64,000 nt of DNA from an uncultured delta proteobacterium (GCA_963806225.1 CAWDXG010000004.1:2400001-2464000), one strand, 5' to 3'. Numbered from the stretch's first letter, positions 30,019 through 40,113 are shown. Notes: generated by a model not told the origin, from the letters alone. A program made the numbers and translations.

Positions 30019-30113
30019 CATGCGAAAGATTCTAGCACTGTTCCGGGGATTTGGGCTCCACAGGGCACAACCATGGGTTGACGCCGAGCACCCCTGTCGA
30101 AAACGATGAAACG

Positions 30114-30857
30114 ATGCGATCGAAAGTCCTTCTCGTGATGGCGCTGGTGGCGGCGCTGCTGTCCTGCAAGATGGTGGATGCGGTGAAGAAGCGCGTGATG
30201 GGGGCCACGGCCTCGTCCAGCGCGGCCGCGGGGTCCGCAACGCCGCCTCCCGCGGCGGTGGCCTCGGCTGCCCCGTCCGACGGCAAGGTGGTGCCTGCCC
30301 CGACCCACTGGAAGGCAGCGCCGCTCGCGGTCGGGCAGCACTGCAGGTACCGGATCAAGTATGCCAGCGGCAAGGTCGCGATCGTCGAATACAAGATCGT
30401 CGGCAAGAAGGACGGCGCCTACTGGATGGAGCTCGACGACACGCATCCGGCAACCCACGAAACCAGGATGTTCCAGGTTCTACTGACCATTCCAGACCGC
30501 ACCAGCGCGAAGGGCGTGGATGTGAAGGGTCTGCGCATGAAGGTCGGTGGCCGCATCCAGGAGTTCCACGGCGCGATGATGCGCGCGATCCAGAAGGGCA
30601 CGAACAAGTACCTGAGAGGGCTGGCCATACCCCAGCTCGACGGCAAGCCGCAGGAGGACAAGACGGTCGAGGCCGGCACCTTCAAGGGCTGCTACAAGTG
30701 GAACGCGAAGGAGCACCTCGCGGGCATGACCGAGGAAGGCGTGCACTGGAACCATCCGGCCGTGCCCATCCTGACGCTCGTGAAGAGCGAGCTCGCCGAC
30801 GGCGGAAGCGTCGAGCTCCTCGACTACGGCATGACCGGAGCCAAGGCGGGGTTCTAG
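30114..30857 (+). CDS. Lipoprotein, hypothetical
   Basis: LLSC lipobox; EDKTVEAGTFKGC motif. Confidence 0.8.
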   Translation: MRSKVLLVMALVAALLSCKMVDAVKKRVMGATASSSAAAGSATPPPAAVASAAPSDGKVVPAPTHWKAAPLAVGQHCRYRIKYASGKVAIVEYKIVGKKDGAYWMELDDTHPATHETRMFQVLLTIPDRTSAKGVDVKGLRMKVGGRIQEFHGAMMRAIQKGTNKYLRGLAIPQLDGKPQEDKTVEAGTFKGCYKWNAKEHLAGMTEEGVHWNHPAVPILTLVKSELADGGSVELLDYGMTGAKAGF

Positions 30858-30858
30858 G

Positions 30859-32334
30859 ATGCTGCGTCTGCGACACTGCGCGCTGCTCGCCTCCGGGCTC
30901 CTGGCCTGCGCCTCCTGTGGCGCGCCACAGACCAGAGCGGGGAGCAACCCGCCGCCACAGCCTCGGGCCCCGGCCCGCCCACCCGCCGTCACGCCCGCAA
31001 CAGCGCCGTCGCCCGCTCCGGCGCCGACGGCGTCCGCCGCCGCGCCGGCCAACGCGAGGCCCGAGTTCATCGTCCACACGCCGCCGCTCGACGCAGCGCA
31101 CGCGAAGACCACCTACGACGTCAAGTACGCGCCTGAAGCAGTGGTGCTGGACCAGGGCGCTGCTCCGGCGCTGGTGTCGAAAAAGGCGGGGGAGCTCGAC
31201 TTCGATGCAAAGAAGCTGGGCGCCGCAGCGCAGCAGATCAACCCGGGCAAGGTGCTGCTCGTGTACGGCAAGGCGCTGGCAAAGGTCGAGAGCGTGCAGC
31301 GCCAGGGCCCGGAGCTGGTCGTCAGGACGGGCCCCGCCACGCTGGCCGACGCCATAAAGGAAGGAACGGTGGCGTGGGACGTGTCGCTTCCGCTGGATCG
31401 CGCGCACGTGACCGCGGCGCTGATACAGCAAAGCGAGAACCGCGCGCTGGCGCGGCTGGACCGCAACGGCCACTTCGCCACCGATGTGCCGCGCGCGGAC
31501 GGCAACGCTTTCGCCAGCCCGGGTGCGCTCGGCAAGGGGCCTATCCAGTGGGCGTTCAAACAGGGCGCGCTGACGTACAAGTTCCGGCTCGAGCCCAAGG
31601 GCCAAGGCGTCGACATCAAGATCGAGGCCATCAAGCAGCAGGGGCCGAAGGCAACGCTCGCCTACACCGCGCACGGCACGTTCGACAACGTGCGAGGCCA
31701 GGCGCGCGCCGACTACCACGACCACAAGCTGACCGATCTCGACTACCAGGAGCCCGAGCTCGTGGGCGACATCCAGCTCTCGGTCGCAGCCGCGGGGTCG
31801 GGTCTCGGCAAGATCGACTTCCCCTTCCCGGGCGCGATGTTCGGCTACCTGGTGATGGTGGGTCCGGTGCCGGTGAAGATCAGCGTGGGCGCGAAGCTGA
31901 TCGGCTCGATCACCGTGCCGGCCAATGCGTCGGCGCGGGCGACGGCCCGCTTCAAGTTCCGGAGCAGCAGCGGGTTTTCGTACGCGGGCAACGACGTGAA
32001 GGTCAAGGGCAACATCGGCAACCTCACCTTCTCGCCGAAGCCGTTCGACTCGGCCGCGATGATCGGCATCCCGGTGGACGCGCAGTGGGGCGTGGCCTTC
32101 CCGCGCGTGAGCGTGGGCGTCTTCGACGATGTCTTCGTCCCCTTCCTGCACACCGGCGTGGTGGTCGGCAGCTCCTTGAAATGGGGCCCGGTATGCAAGT
32201 ACGGCTACGTCAAATACGTAGCCCAGGTCGGCTACGATCTCGGCGTGTTCGGCGTGAAGCTGAAGAGCGCCAAGAAGACCATCGCCGAGCGCGAGAAGAA
32301 GGCGCCGCCGGGCGGCTGTCCAAAGAAGAAGTAG
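30859..32334 (+). CDS. Beta-rich lipoprotein, hypothetical
   Basis: LACASC signal, Pro/Ala linker; starts 1 nt after the upstream stop. Confidence 0.8.
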   Translation: MLRLRHCALLASGLLACASCGAPQTRAGSNPPPQPRAPARPPAVTPATAPSPAPAPTASAAAPANARPEFIVHTPPLDAAHAKTTYDVKYAPEAVVLDQGAAPALVSKKAGELDFDAKKLGAAAQQINPGKVLLVYGKALAKVESVQRQGPELVVRTGPATLADAIKEGTVAWDVSLPLDRAHVTAALIQQSENRALARLDRNGHFATDVPRADGNAFASPGALGKGPIQWAFKQGALTYKFRLEPKGQGVDIKIEAIKQQGPKATLAYTAHGTFDNVRGQARADYHDHKLTDLDYQEPELVGDIQLSVAAAGSGLGKIDFPFPGAMFGYLVMVGPVPVKISVGAKLIGSITVPANASARATARFKFRSSSGFSYAGNDVKVKGNIGNLTFSPKPFDSAAMIGIPVDAQWGVAFPRVSVGVFDDVFVPFLHTGVVVGSSLKWGPVCKYGYVKYVAQVGYDLGVFGVKLKSAKKTIAEREKKAPPGGCPKKK

Positions 32335-32343
32335 ACCGCGGCG

Positions 32344-33087
32344 TCAGGAAGGCGGTAGGCCGTCGAAGTTGTCGTCGAGGAACTGCCGCGACAGGCTCGA
32401 GAGCGCACGGCAGTACGCGTCCGGCTCGGACGTGAAGTAGCCGCGCCTGGCCAGAGCGTGCACGAAGCGCTGCGCGTCGCCGCGGCGGGCAGCCTGGATG
32501 GCGTCCGGGTAGCGGCGCTTCAGCATGCGGATGTAGTCGCGCGCTCCCTCCTCGGCGCTGCGGTAGGCGCGGAAGCGGCTGCGCACGCGCCGCGCGTCGT
32601 CGTCGGAGCCTTCGCTCGTCCACCACACCGCGCTGCCCCCGCGCGGCGCCTTGCCCTTCACGCCAGCGAAGTTGAAGTCGACCATCCAGCGCCCGCGGCC
32701 GGTTTCGAGCGCCCACTGCGCCCACAAGAGCGCCAGCGCCTCGTCGGACGGCGGTTTTCCGAGCACCGATTCCCAGGCGTCCGACAGATGCTGCGCGGCT
32801 TCCTCCGGCTGCATCGGCGTGGGGCGCTTCGACCAGGCAACCGGCTCACTGCCCGGATCGTCCACATCGTCGACGGGAGCGGGCTCCGCGACGGCTTCTA
32901 CCTCCACCGCGTGGGCGGTGCGGGCCGGGCGCAACGCGTACGGAGGCGCGCCGGCGCCGCGAGCCAGGCGGGCTGCCACCGCTCCGCCCCCGAGCGCGCC
33001 GACCAGCAGCGCAACGCCCATCGGCGCGAGCTTCCGGGCGGGACCGGCCAGATACGGACGCACAACCCGGCGCCACAAGCCACGCAT
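32344..33087 (-). CDS. Glucosaminidase (GH73/FlgJ-like) peptidoglycan hydrolase
   Basis: AQWALETG, NFAGVK, FRAYRSAEEGARDY, GYFT motifs; start uncertain (33087 or 33021). Confidence 0.85.
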   Translation of the reverse strand: MRGLWRRVVRPYLAGPARKLAPMGVALLVGALGGGAVAARLARGAGAPPYALRPARTAHAVEVEAVAEPAPVDDVDDPGSEPVAWSKRPTPMQPEEAAQHLSDAWESVLGKPPSDEALALLWAQWALETGRGRWMVDFNFAGVKGKAPRGGSAVWWTSEGSDDDARRVRSRFRAYRSAEEGARDYIRMLKRRYPDAIQAARRGDAQRFVHALARRGYFTSEPDAYCRALSSLSRQFLDDNFDGLPPS

Positions 33088-33223
33088 CGCCGCAGTCACC
33101 GCGAAATTGAAGCGGAAATTGCCGCAGCTGGCCAAGCAACGCGCGAGCGGAACTCCGGGTCCGGTTGACGTGGCCGGGCCGGAGACGCAAGCAGGATGCC
33201 CCCTGACGACAAGGAGAGCCGCC

Positions 33224-33961
33224 ATGTCCGAGCGCTACGAACTTCTGTACTGGCCGTCCATCCAGGGTCGCGGCGAGTTCGTCCGGCTGTCGCTGGAAGA
33301 GGCCGGCGCCGACTATGTCGACGTGGCCCGCAAAAGCGGCGGGATGAAGGCGCTCGGGGACATGCTCGAGACCGGCAACGGCGGCCTCTTGCCGTACGCT
33401 CCTCCCATCCTGCGCCACGGCGATCTCGTCATCGCGCAGACGGCCAACATCCTCATGTACCTGGGTCCGCGGCTTTCGCTGGTGCCGGACGACGAGAAGA
33501 GCCGCCTCGGAGCGCACCAGCTAGAGCTGACGATCACCGATCTGGTCAAGGAAGCGCACGACACCCATCACCCCGTCGGCAGCAGCCTGTACTACGAGGA
33601 CCAGAAGGACGAAGCGAAACGCTACACGAAGCAGTTCGTCGACCACCGCCTGCCGAAGTACCTCGGCTACTTCGAGCGGGTTCTCGAGCGCAACCACGAC
33701 AGCGGCAGCAAATACCTGGTCGGCGGCGCGCCGAGCTACGTGGACCTTTCAATGTTCCAGGTGATGGTAGGGCTCGGCTACGCCTTCCCGAAGGCGATGA
33801 AGAAGCTCGCCTCGCGGACGAAGCGGCTCGGGGCGCTCGCCAAGCAGGTGGCGGAGCGCCCGCGCATCGCGGCGTATCTCGCCTCCGACCGCCGGCTGCC
33901 GTTCAACGAGGACGGCATCTTCCGCCGCTATCCGGAGCTCGACATCGAACCGGCGGATTGA
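33224..33961 (+). CDS. Glutathione S-transferase
   Basis: YELLYWPSIQGRGEFVRL, IAQTANILMYLG, SYVDLSMFQ, RPRIAAYL. Confidence 0.92.
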   Translation: MSERYELLYWPSIQGRGEFVRLSLEEAGADYVDVARKSGGMKALGDMLETGNGGLLPYAPPILRHGDLVIAQTANILMYLGPRLSLVPDDEKSRLGAHQLELTITDLVKEAHDTHHPVGSSLYYEDQKDEAKRYTKQFVDHRLPKYLGYFERVLERNHDSGSKYLVGGAPSYVDLSMFQVMVGLGYAFPKAMKKLASRTKRLGALAKQVAERPRIAAYLASDRRLPFNEDGIFRRYPELDIEPAD

Positions 33962-34027
33962 TCCACACGCGGCGGTCTTCTGCGGCAGCTCGAGGTGCGT
34001 CGCGCTGCCCGCGCACGTGCTCGAACG

Positions 34028-34900
34028 CTAGTTCGACTGGACGAGCTGGCTCGCCAGCTGCTCGCCCTCGGTCGTGGTGGCGGCGTGGTCCTCGATCTTC
34101 GGCGCAACTCCGCTCTGGCCGCTGAACGCGATGTACGTGACCCCGCTGTCCGCGCCGCCCACGGCCGGGTCGGGATTGATGCCCAGGCTTGCGGCCATGG
34201 CGTAGGACGCCTCGCCGATGATGCTGGTCGGACCGATGTCGCCGAACACGCCGTAGGTCACCTTGCCCTTGTAGATGACGGCGATGATGCTGCCAAAGTG
34301 CAGTCCGGCGGCCTTGTAGGAGAAGCGCGTGCTGATGCCGGGCACGACGACGTAGGGCAGCTTCGCCGCGTCGAGGTAGTTGCCCTGCGAGTCGGTCGCC
34401 GCGGTCTGCGCCTGGTACCACGGGTCGGTGTTCTTGTTGCACTGCGTGCTGGTCAGGCCGTCGCAGTCGACGTCCATGTCCGCCTGCCAGTACACGGCGC
34501 CCTGGAGCTGGCAGATGGGCACCGTCGCGGCGGTATTGCTGTCGGTCTTGTAGCGGCCGTTCGTGATCTCCTGGCAGTTGCCGAGCAGCGCGAGCAGATC
34601 CTGAGCGCTCGGCGGCGCGCTGCTCTGCCCAGCGCTGCCTCCGCTGCCCGCCGCGCCACCTGCCGACGTTCCTCCAGCACCTCCGCTGGTGGTTCCGGCC
34701 GCGCCGCCCGTCGAGTTCGTGCCGCCGGCGCCGCTGCTCCCTGCACTGGTGCCCGAGCCCGCGGACCCCGCGTCGGTGCCGGCCGCCCCGCCGCTCGCGT
34801 TCGCTGACGGGTGGCTGCTCGAACCGCAGGCGATACCAGCGAGGAGCGGAAAAACGCACACAACACGCACGAGCCCATGCATGCGGCGATGGTTCCACAC
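34028..34900 (-). CDS. Glycoside hydrolase family 75 chitosanase lipoprotein
   Basis: ADMDVDCDG, LDAAKLPYVV, YGVFGDIGP..IIGEAS; IAC lipobox and Gly/Ser linker. Confidence 0.9.
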   Translation of the reverse strand: MWNHRRMHGLVRVVCVFPLLAGIACGSSSHPSANASGGAAGTDAGSAGSGTSAGSSGAGGTNSTGGAAGTTSGGAGGTSAGGAAGSGGSAGQSSAPPSAQDLLALLGNCQEITNGRYKTDSNTAATVPICQLQGAVYWQADMDVDCDGLTSTQCNKNTDPWYQAQTAATDSQGNYLDAAKLPYVVVPGISTRFSYKAAGLHFGSIIAVIYKGKVTYGVFGDIGPTSIIGEASYAMAASLGINPDPAVGGADSGVTYIAFSGQSGVAPKIEDHAATTTEGEQLASQLVQSN

Positions 34901-34928
34901 AAGCCGCCGGCCGTCACCAGACAGCCGG

Positions 34929-36390
34929 CTACTTCTCCGGGGCGGGCTTCTTCGCCTTCTTCCGCTTCGCCGCCGGCTTCTTCTTGGCCACTTTCTTCGC
35001 CGCGGGCTTCTTCTTCACCGTCTTCTTCTTCTTCTTCGCCGTCTTCTTCTTCGCGCGCCTTCTTCTTCGCGGCGGGTTTCTTCTTCGCGGGCTTCTTCTT
35101 CGCGGCGGGTTTCTTCTTCACCGTCTTCTTCTTCTTCTTCGCGGCGCCTGCCTTGGCTTGCCTCTTCTTTTCTTCCGGCGGCGGCTCCGGCGGATGCTCC
35201 ACGGCGATGTCGCTCTTCAGCAGCCACTCGCTGACCAGCGAGCGTTCGCCTGCCGGCGGTGTCGTGGGATCGAACAGGCCCGGCGCCGTCTTCGGCTCGA
35301 AGTCGTGCTCGACGTCCTCCTGCTCCGGCGGCGCGCCTCCTTCCACGTCCATCGCGCTCTTCGCCAACCACTCGCTCACCAACGAGCGCTCGGGCATGGA
35401 TGCCGCGAACACGCTCTTCTCCGCCGCCACCGGCTCCGGTGCCCCCACCGAGACGATCCGCGACGACTCGACCGGCCCGTCCGCTGCCAGCCGCGGCTCC
35501 GCAGCGTGCGGCGACGGCACGCCCAGCGCAACCAGGAGCGCGCTGAACGCGGCGCGCACCGAATCGAAGCGCGCGTCCCGGTCGATCGCCAGCACCTGCT
35601 GGATCCAGAGATCCATGTCGGGCGGAAGGCCCGGCCTGAGCGCACACAGGCTGGGCCGCTCGGCCGTGGTGGCGAGGATGAACTTGTCCCTCAGCGACTC
35701 GACCTCGAAGGGCAGCCGGTTCGCCAGGGCCCGGAAGACGATGACACCGAGCGAGTACACATCGACGCGCCGATCCAGCTGGTCGGTGCGCCCCTTCCAT
35801 ACCTCCGGCGCAATGTAGCTGGGCGAGCCGACGATGGTGCCGGCTGCGGTGAGCGGGTTCGCCTCCTGCATGCGCGCCAGCCCGAAGTCGAGCAGGCGCA
35901 CGCCTCCGCCCGCGTTGGGCGAGACCAGGAACACATTCGCCGGCTTCAGATCGCGGTGCAGTATTCCCGCGGCGTGCGCGCGCTCCAACGTGTCGACGAT
36001 CGGCGACAGCACGAGCACCAGCTCTTCGGGTGTGAGCCGCTCGCCGCGGTGTTCCAGGTCTTCCAGGCGTTGTTCCAGATCGCGGCCGTCGAGCAGCTCC
36101 ATCACCAGGCACAGCTTGCCGGCTGCGCTGGCGCACAGGTCGTACACGCGCACAGCGCTGGTCCCGGCCAGCTCCACCAGAGCGCGCTGCTCGCGCTTCA
36201 GCCGCTCGACGAGACCCGGATCCTGCGCTGCGGAGTCGGTCAGCATCTTGACGGCGACGACCTCGCCCGTCAGCCGATCCAGGGCGCGGAACACGAGCCC
36301 ATGGCCGCCACGACCGATGATCTGCTGGAGCTCGTACCGTTGCGCGATCGTATGCCCGACCAGGTTCGGGGTGTGCAGCATGTCGGGCAT
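34929..36390 (-). CDS. Ser/Thr protein kinase with Lys-rich tail (frameshift near 35055)
   Basis: GRGGHG, VAVKML, HRDLKPAN, DFG, YIAPE; the KKKPAAKK tail continues in a shifted frame to TAG at 34931-34929. Confidence 0.88.
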
Positions 36391-36422
36391 CCAGCCGAGT
36401 ATAGGCGCCGCGGCGCGCGGAG

Positions 36423-37892
36423 TCAGCTACCCGTACAGCGCGCGAGACGCAACGTGAACGTGCCCGCCGGCAGTTCCACCAGTACCCGCTGCTTGTCGGC
36501 GTGATAGTCCCAGCTCCATCCGGAGGGGCCTTTCACGTCGAGGCAGACCGAATCGCCCAGATGACGCCTGGGCGCATACAGGATGGCTGGCTTGTTGCTG
36601 CCGTCGGCTTCGAGCTTCACGTCCAGCGCGTGCGCCCGGAAGTCGTACGATAGCGAATCGAGCTTTCCCGGCACCGCGATCGGGTACGGCCTTGAAAGCC
36701 GGTCCACGATGTCCTGGCGGATATGGCGATCTGCGTCGAGCACCGCCTGCGCGCCGGAAATGGACGCGTCGCCCGCGCTCGGCGTGGCCTGTTCGAACGC
36801 CCAGTAGCTCGAACCGACACGGTACTGGTCCTCCAGACCCGCGTGCAGCTCGAGATCCGCGTCGGCGCTCGGCAGGTCGTTGTTCACGCCCCACTCGCCG
36901 TTCCACCACGGGACGCCAAAGGTCTGCGCCTCTTTGTCGGCGTTCGCGAAGTCCTTCTTCTTCACTTCCGGATCCGGCGGGCGCTTGAGGATGTACAGAT
37001 TGGCCCAGCCCGAATACAGATGCGGCGCGTACACGATGTCCGGATCGAGACCCACGACCGGCGCGGCGTACATGTACTGGCTCTCGTTACGGACGCCGGG
37101 CGCGTCGAAGAACAGCTGGCCCTTGGCTCCCTCCTTGCGCAGCGCGGGAATTATCTTGTGCAGTGCGGGCAGGTACTGCTGCTTCTCGAAGTCCGGCTGG
37201 TTCAGCGTGCCAGCGGGCTCGTTGAAGATGTCGTAGCCCAGCAGCGCCGGGTGCTTTCCGAATCGGGCGATCACCTTGCCCCAGGCGGCGAGGTAGGCGT
37301 CCATCAACCCGTTGTCGTTGTTCCACAGCTGATCGAACAGCTTCCGGTAGCCCGTGGTGCTCGGCGTGTAGCCCGCTGGGCACGTCCAGTCCGGAGCACC
37401 GTTGGCCGACAGCGCCAACGTGCTCTTCGGGTCGACCGCGCACCGCCCCCACAAGTCGTGGTGCCACTCGAGCACTACTGTAAGGCCGGCCGCCTTCGCG
37501 GCGTCGAGCACGCCGCCGATCTGGTCGAGATAGGCCGAATCGTATTTGCCTCGCTCCGGCTCGATGCGGCTCCAGGAGATCGCGACGCGCATCGTGGTAA
37601 AGCCCCACGACGCGATCAGGGCGTAGTCGCCGGGCTCGACCCTGCGCCCGCCATGATCCACATCCTGCAGCGAATGGTGCTCGATGCCGCGCAGGACCAC
37701 CTGGCGGCCTTCGGCGTCGACCAGGGCGTCGCCTCTCACCGAAAGCGGCAGAAAGGCACCCTCGTCCAGCGCGCGGCGGGGCCCCGATGCGTGAACGCCG
37801 GGTCCCGGCCCATCCGGGCTTCCTCCACAGCCAGAAATGAGCAGGAAAGCCCCCAGAACAGCGCGCCAACCGCGCACCCGCGTGCAGATCAC
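36423..37892 (-). CDS. GH5 glycoside hydrolase (endoglycoceramidase-like) lipoprotein
   Basis: GRQVVLRG, RVAISWSRIEP, HHDLW, GAPDW, GYDIFNEP, YAPHLY, GEWG, LSRPYP. Confidence 0.88.
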   Translation of the reverse strand: MICTRVRGWRAVLGAFLLISGCGGSPDGPGPGVHASGPRRALDEGAFLPLSVRGDALVDAEGRQVVLRGIEHHSLQDVDHGGRRVEPGDYALIASWGFTTMRVAISWSRIEPERGKYDSAYLDQIGGVLDAAKAAGLTVVLEWHHDLWGRCAVDPKSTLALSANGAPDWTCPAGYTPSTTGYRKLFDQLWNNDNGLMDAYLAAWGKVIARFGKHPALLGYDIFNEPAGTLNQPDFEKQQYLPALHKIIPALRKEGAKGQLFFDAPGVRNESQYMYAAPVVGLDPDIVYAPHLYSGWANLYILKRPPDPEVKKKDFANADKEAQTFGVPWWNGEWGVNNDLPSADADLELHAGLEDQYRVGSSYWAFEQATPSAGDASISGAQAVLDADRHIRQDIVDRLSRPYPIAVPGKLDSLSYDFRAHALDVKLEADGSNKPAILYAPRRHLGDSVCLDVKGPSGWSWDYHADKQRVLVELPAGTFTLRLARCTGS

Positions 37893-37958
37893 GGGGAAAG
37901 CATGCGCCTGCGCTCACCCTTCCTGCAAGTCCAGTCCGCTGGCGCTATATACCCTCGC

Positions 37959-38780
37959 ATGAGGAGGAGACTCCGGATCGCGCTAGGCGTGACACTGGCT
38001 GTGCTGCTCGCCGCGGCGATGACGGTGCGCACGTTGGAGGAGCGCTTCGACGCCCGCATAGCAGCCGCCGAACGTCGCGTTGGACAGAGCTCTGCCGCGG
38101 GTGCGCCCGAAAACCTGCCGGCGATCGCGCTCGAGTACCTGGCCCGAGCGGGTGTCGCGTCCGAGGGGGATCCGCGCGTCGTGCGCATCGGCGAGACCGG
38201 CGAGCTCCGCAGGCACCCGGACGCGCCGTGGAAGCACTTTTCCGCGGTGCAGCACCTCGCCGTTCGGGACATCGGCTTCGCGTGGCACGGCACCCTGGAC
38301 GTGGCGCCGGGCATCGACGTCGAGATCCTCGATCAGCTGCATGCAAGTGCGGGACAGAGCGATGTGCGCCTGCTGGGCGCCATCCCGCTGTCCGTTCCCG
38401 GATGCTGGCCCGTCGACCGCGCCGAGACCCAGCGCTACCTGGCCGGGCTGGCCTGGGCGCCGCATGCGGTTCGCGACAACGCCGCACTCAGGCTCACCGC
38501 CGTCGGCGACAGGAAGCTGGAGGTCACCGCGGGCGACGGCCCGGCGCGCACGAGCATCGAGCTCGAGCTCGACGAACACGGCGACATCATCCGCAGCGTA
38601 GCGATGCGCCCGCGTGTCGAGAACGGCACCGTGGTCGAGCGCCGCTGGGTCGCCGAGCTCTCGCGCCACGATCGACTCGGTGCCGTCCGCGTCCCCACCT
38701 ACGGCGAAGCCCGCTGGGTGCTGCCCGAGGGCGACTTCGTCTACCTGCGCGGCGAAGTCGAGTCGCTCGAGCTCGACTAG
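37959..38780 (+). CDS. Uncharacterised membrane-anchored protein (DUF6544-like)
   Basis: LP...YL.RAG, W..F.A.Q, RYLA..WAP, G.RVP...EARW pattern. Confidence 0.65.
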   Translation: MRRRLRIALGVTLAVLLAAAMTVRTLEERFDARIAAAERRVGQSSAAGAPENLPAIALEYLARAGVASEGDPRVVRIGETGELRRHPDAPWKHFSAVQHLAVRDIGFAWHGTLDVAPGIDVEILDQLHASAGQSDVRLLGAIPLSVPGCWPVDRAETQRYLAGLAWAPHAVRDNAALRLTAVGDRKLEVTAGDGPARTSIELELDEHGDIIRSVAMRPRVENGTVVERRWVAELSRHDRLGAVRVPTYGEARWVLPEGDFVYLRGEVESLELD

Positions 38781-38811
38781 AGCCTCGGTCCCACGCGCCG
38801 CGACGCCAGAG

Positions 38812-40113
38812 CTACATCGTCATCCGGATCCACGCCATGTAGCCCGCGTAGCCGAGCAGCGCGAGCAGCGCGATGCAGCCGATCACGACGAGCTTCACGT
38901 GGCGGCGCGCTCCCATGGCCTTGATCGATCGGTCCAGATCGAGATCGTCGACGACGATCGAGGGAAGCTCGGGCTCCTCAGCCGCCACGGGTTCCAGGTC
39001 GGGCGCGGAGACGCGCTGGACGGCCGAGTGGCCGCCTGTCGACGGCGTGTGCAGATCGGCTACGCCCATGCTGCTCGCGGTAGAGCTCGCCACCTCGTAC
39101 TCGCTTGCGATCTGGACACGTTGTTCGGCTGCCTCGACGGCGCGCGCGATGGTGGCCCGACGCCGCGCGATCCGCTCACCGATTTCGCTCTCGAGGAAGT
39201 GGGCAACGTCTGCAGCCGTGACGGGGGCGCAGTGGCGGGTCATCGCCGCCTCGATCGTCTGCTGCATCTCCTTGGCGGTGTGGAAGCGCCCCATGGGGTT
39301 GTAGGACAGCGCCGTGTAGACGATCTCGGCGATATCGCCGGGCATATCGCGAAGCGGCGTCGGTGGCAGGCCGCGCGACAGCAGATGGAGCATGGCCAAC
39401 TGGTTGTCCGCGTCGTACGGCACCCGCCCCGTCAAGAGCTGGTAGAGCAGCGCGCCCATGGACCAGACATCGGCGCGCCGATCCAGAGCGCCGCCCATGG
39501 CCTGCTCGGGAGACATGTAGGCCACCCTGCCCTTGATGGTGCCGGCGCTGGTCTCCTCGGCCATGCGCCCCATGGCCTTGGCGACGCCGAAGTCGATGAG
39601 CTTCACCTGGCCGCTCGTTCCCAGGAGCACGTTGGCGGGCGACACGTCGCGGTGCACGACGCCAAGCAGCTCGCCGGCGTCATCGCGCACCTCGTGTGCG
39701 GCATGTAGCCCGGCGCAGATTGCGGCGGTTACGCGCAGCACGATGCCGAGCGGAAGCTTGTGCTTCTTCCGGTGAACCTTCCGCCTCAGCGCCGCGAGGG
39801 AATCGCCTTCCACCCACTCGAGGACGTGGTAGAGCACGCCGGCGTGCTCACCCAGGTCGAGGATATGCGCGACATTCGGGTGGTGCACGGCGGAGATGAT
39901 CCGCGCCTCGTCGAGGAACATGGCGTGGAAACGAGGGTCCTCCGCGTGCTCGGCGAGGATCGCCTTTACGGCGACCAGCCGCTGCATCCCGAGCTGGGTC
40001 TGCATGCGCGCGACCCAGACCTGGGCCATCCCGCCCTGCGCCACGGGACACAACAGCTCGTACCGGTCGAGCCACTGTCCGGGATACAGGGCCCCGGCGG
40101 GGGTTGACGGCAT
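38812..40113 (-). CDS. Ser/Thr protein kinase with C-terminal TM
   Basis: GGMAQV, VAVK, HRDVSPAN, DFG, YMSPE. Confidence 0.93.
   Translation of the reverse strand: MPSTPAGALYPGQWLDRYELLCPVAQGGMAQVWVARMQTQLGMQRLVAVKAILAEHAEDPRFHAMFLDEARIISAVHHPNVAHILDLGEHAGVLYHVLEWVEGDSLAALRRKVHRKKHKLPLGIVLRVTAAICAGLHAAHEVRDDAGELLGVVHRDVSPANVLLGTSGQVKLIDFGVAKAMGRMAEETSAGTIKGRVAYMSPEQAMGGALDRRADVWSMGALLYQLLTGRVPYDADNQLAMLHLLSRGLPPTPLRDMPGDIAEIVYTALSYNPMGRFHTAKEMQQTIEAAMTRHCAPVTAADVAHFLESEIGERIARRRATIARAVEAAEQRVQIASEYEVASSTASSMGVADLHTPSTGGHSAVQRVSAPDLEPVAAEEPELPSIVVDDLDLDRSIKAMGARRHVKLVVIGCIALLALLGYAGYMAWIRMTM

Noticed and set aside
28984..30240. 418-aa ORF as an intact RT, or as a retron/DGR/defence RT
   Set aside because: The N-terminal ~155 aa are translated intron RNA and flank. 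RT0-3 are missing, and domains V/VI plus domain X identify a group II intron. No TR/VR repeats or msr-msd arms were seen.
34453..34928. Kinase extending over the chitosanase gene
   Set aside because: Explained by the frameshift near 35055; the natural stop is at 34929
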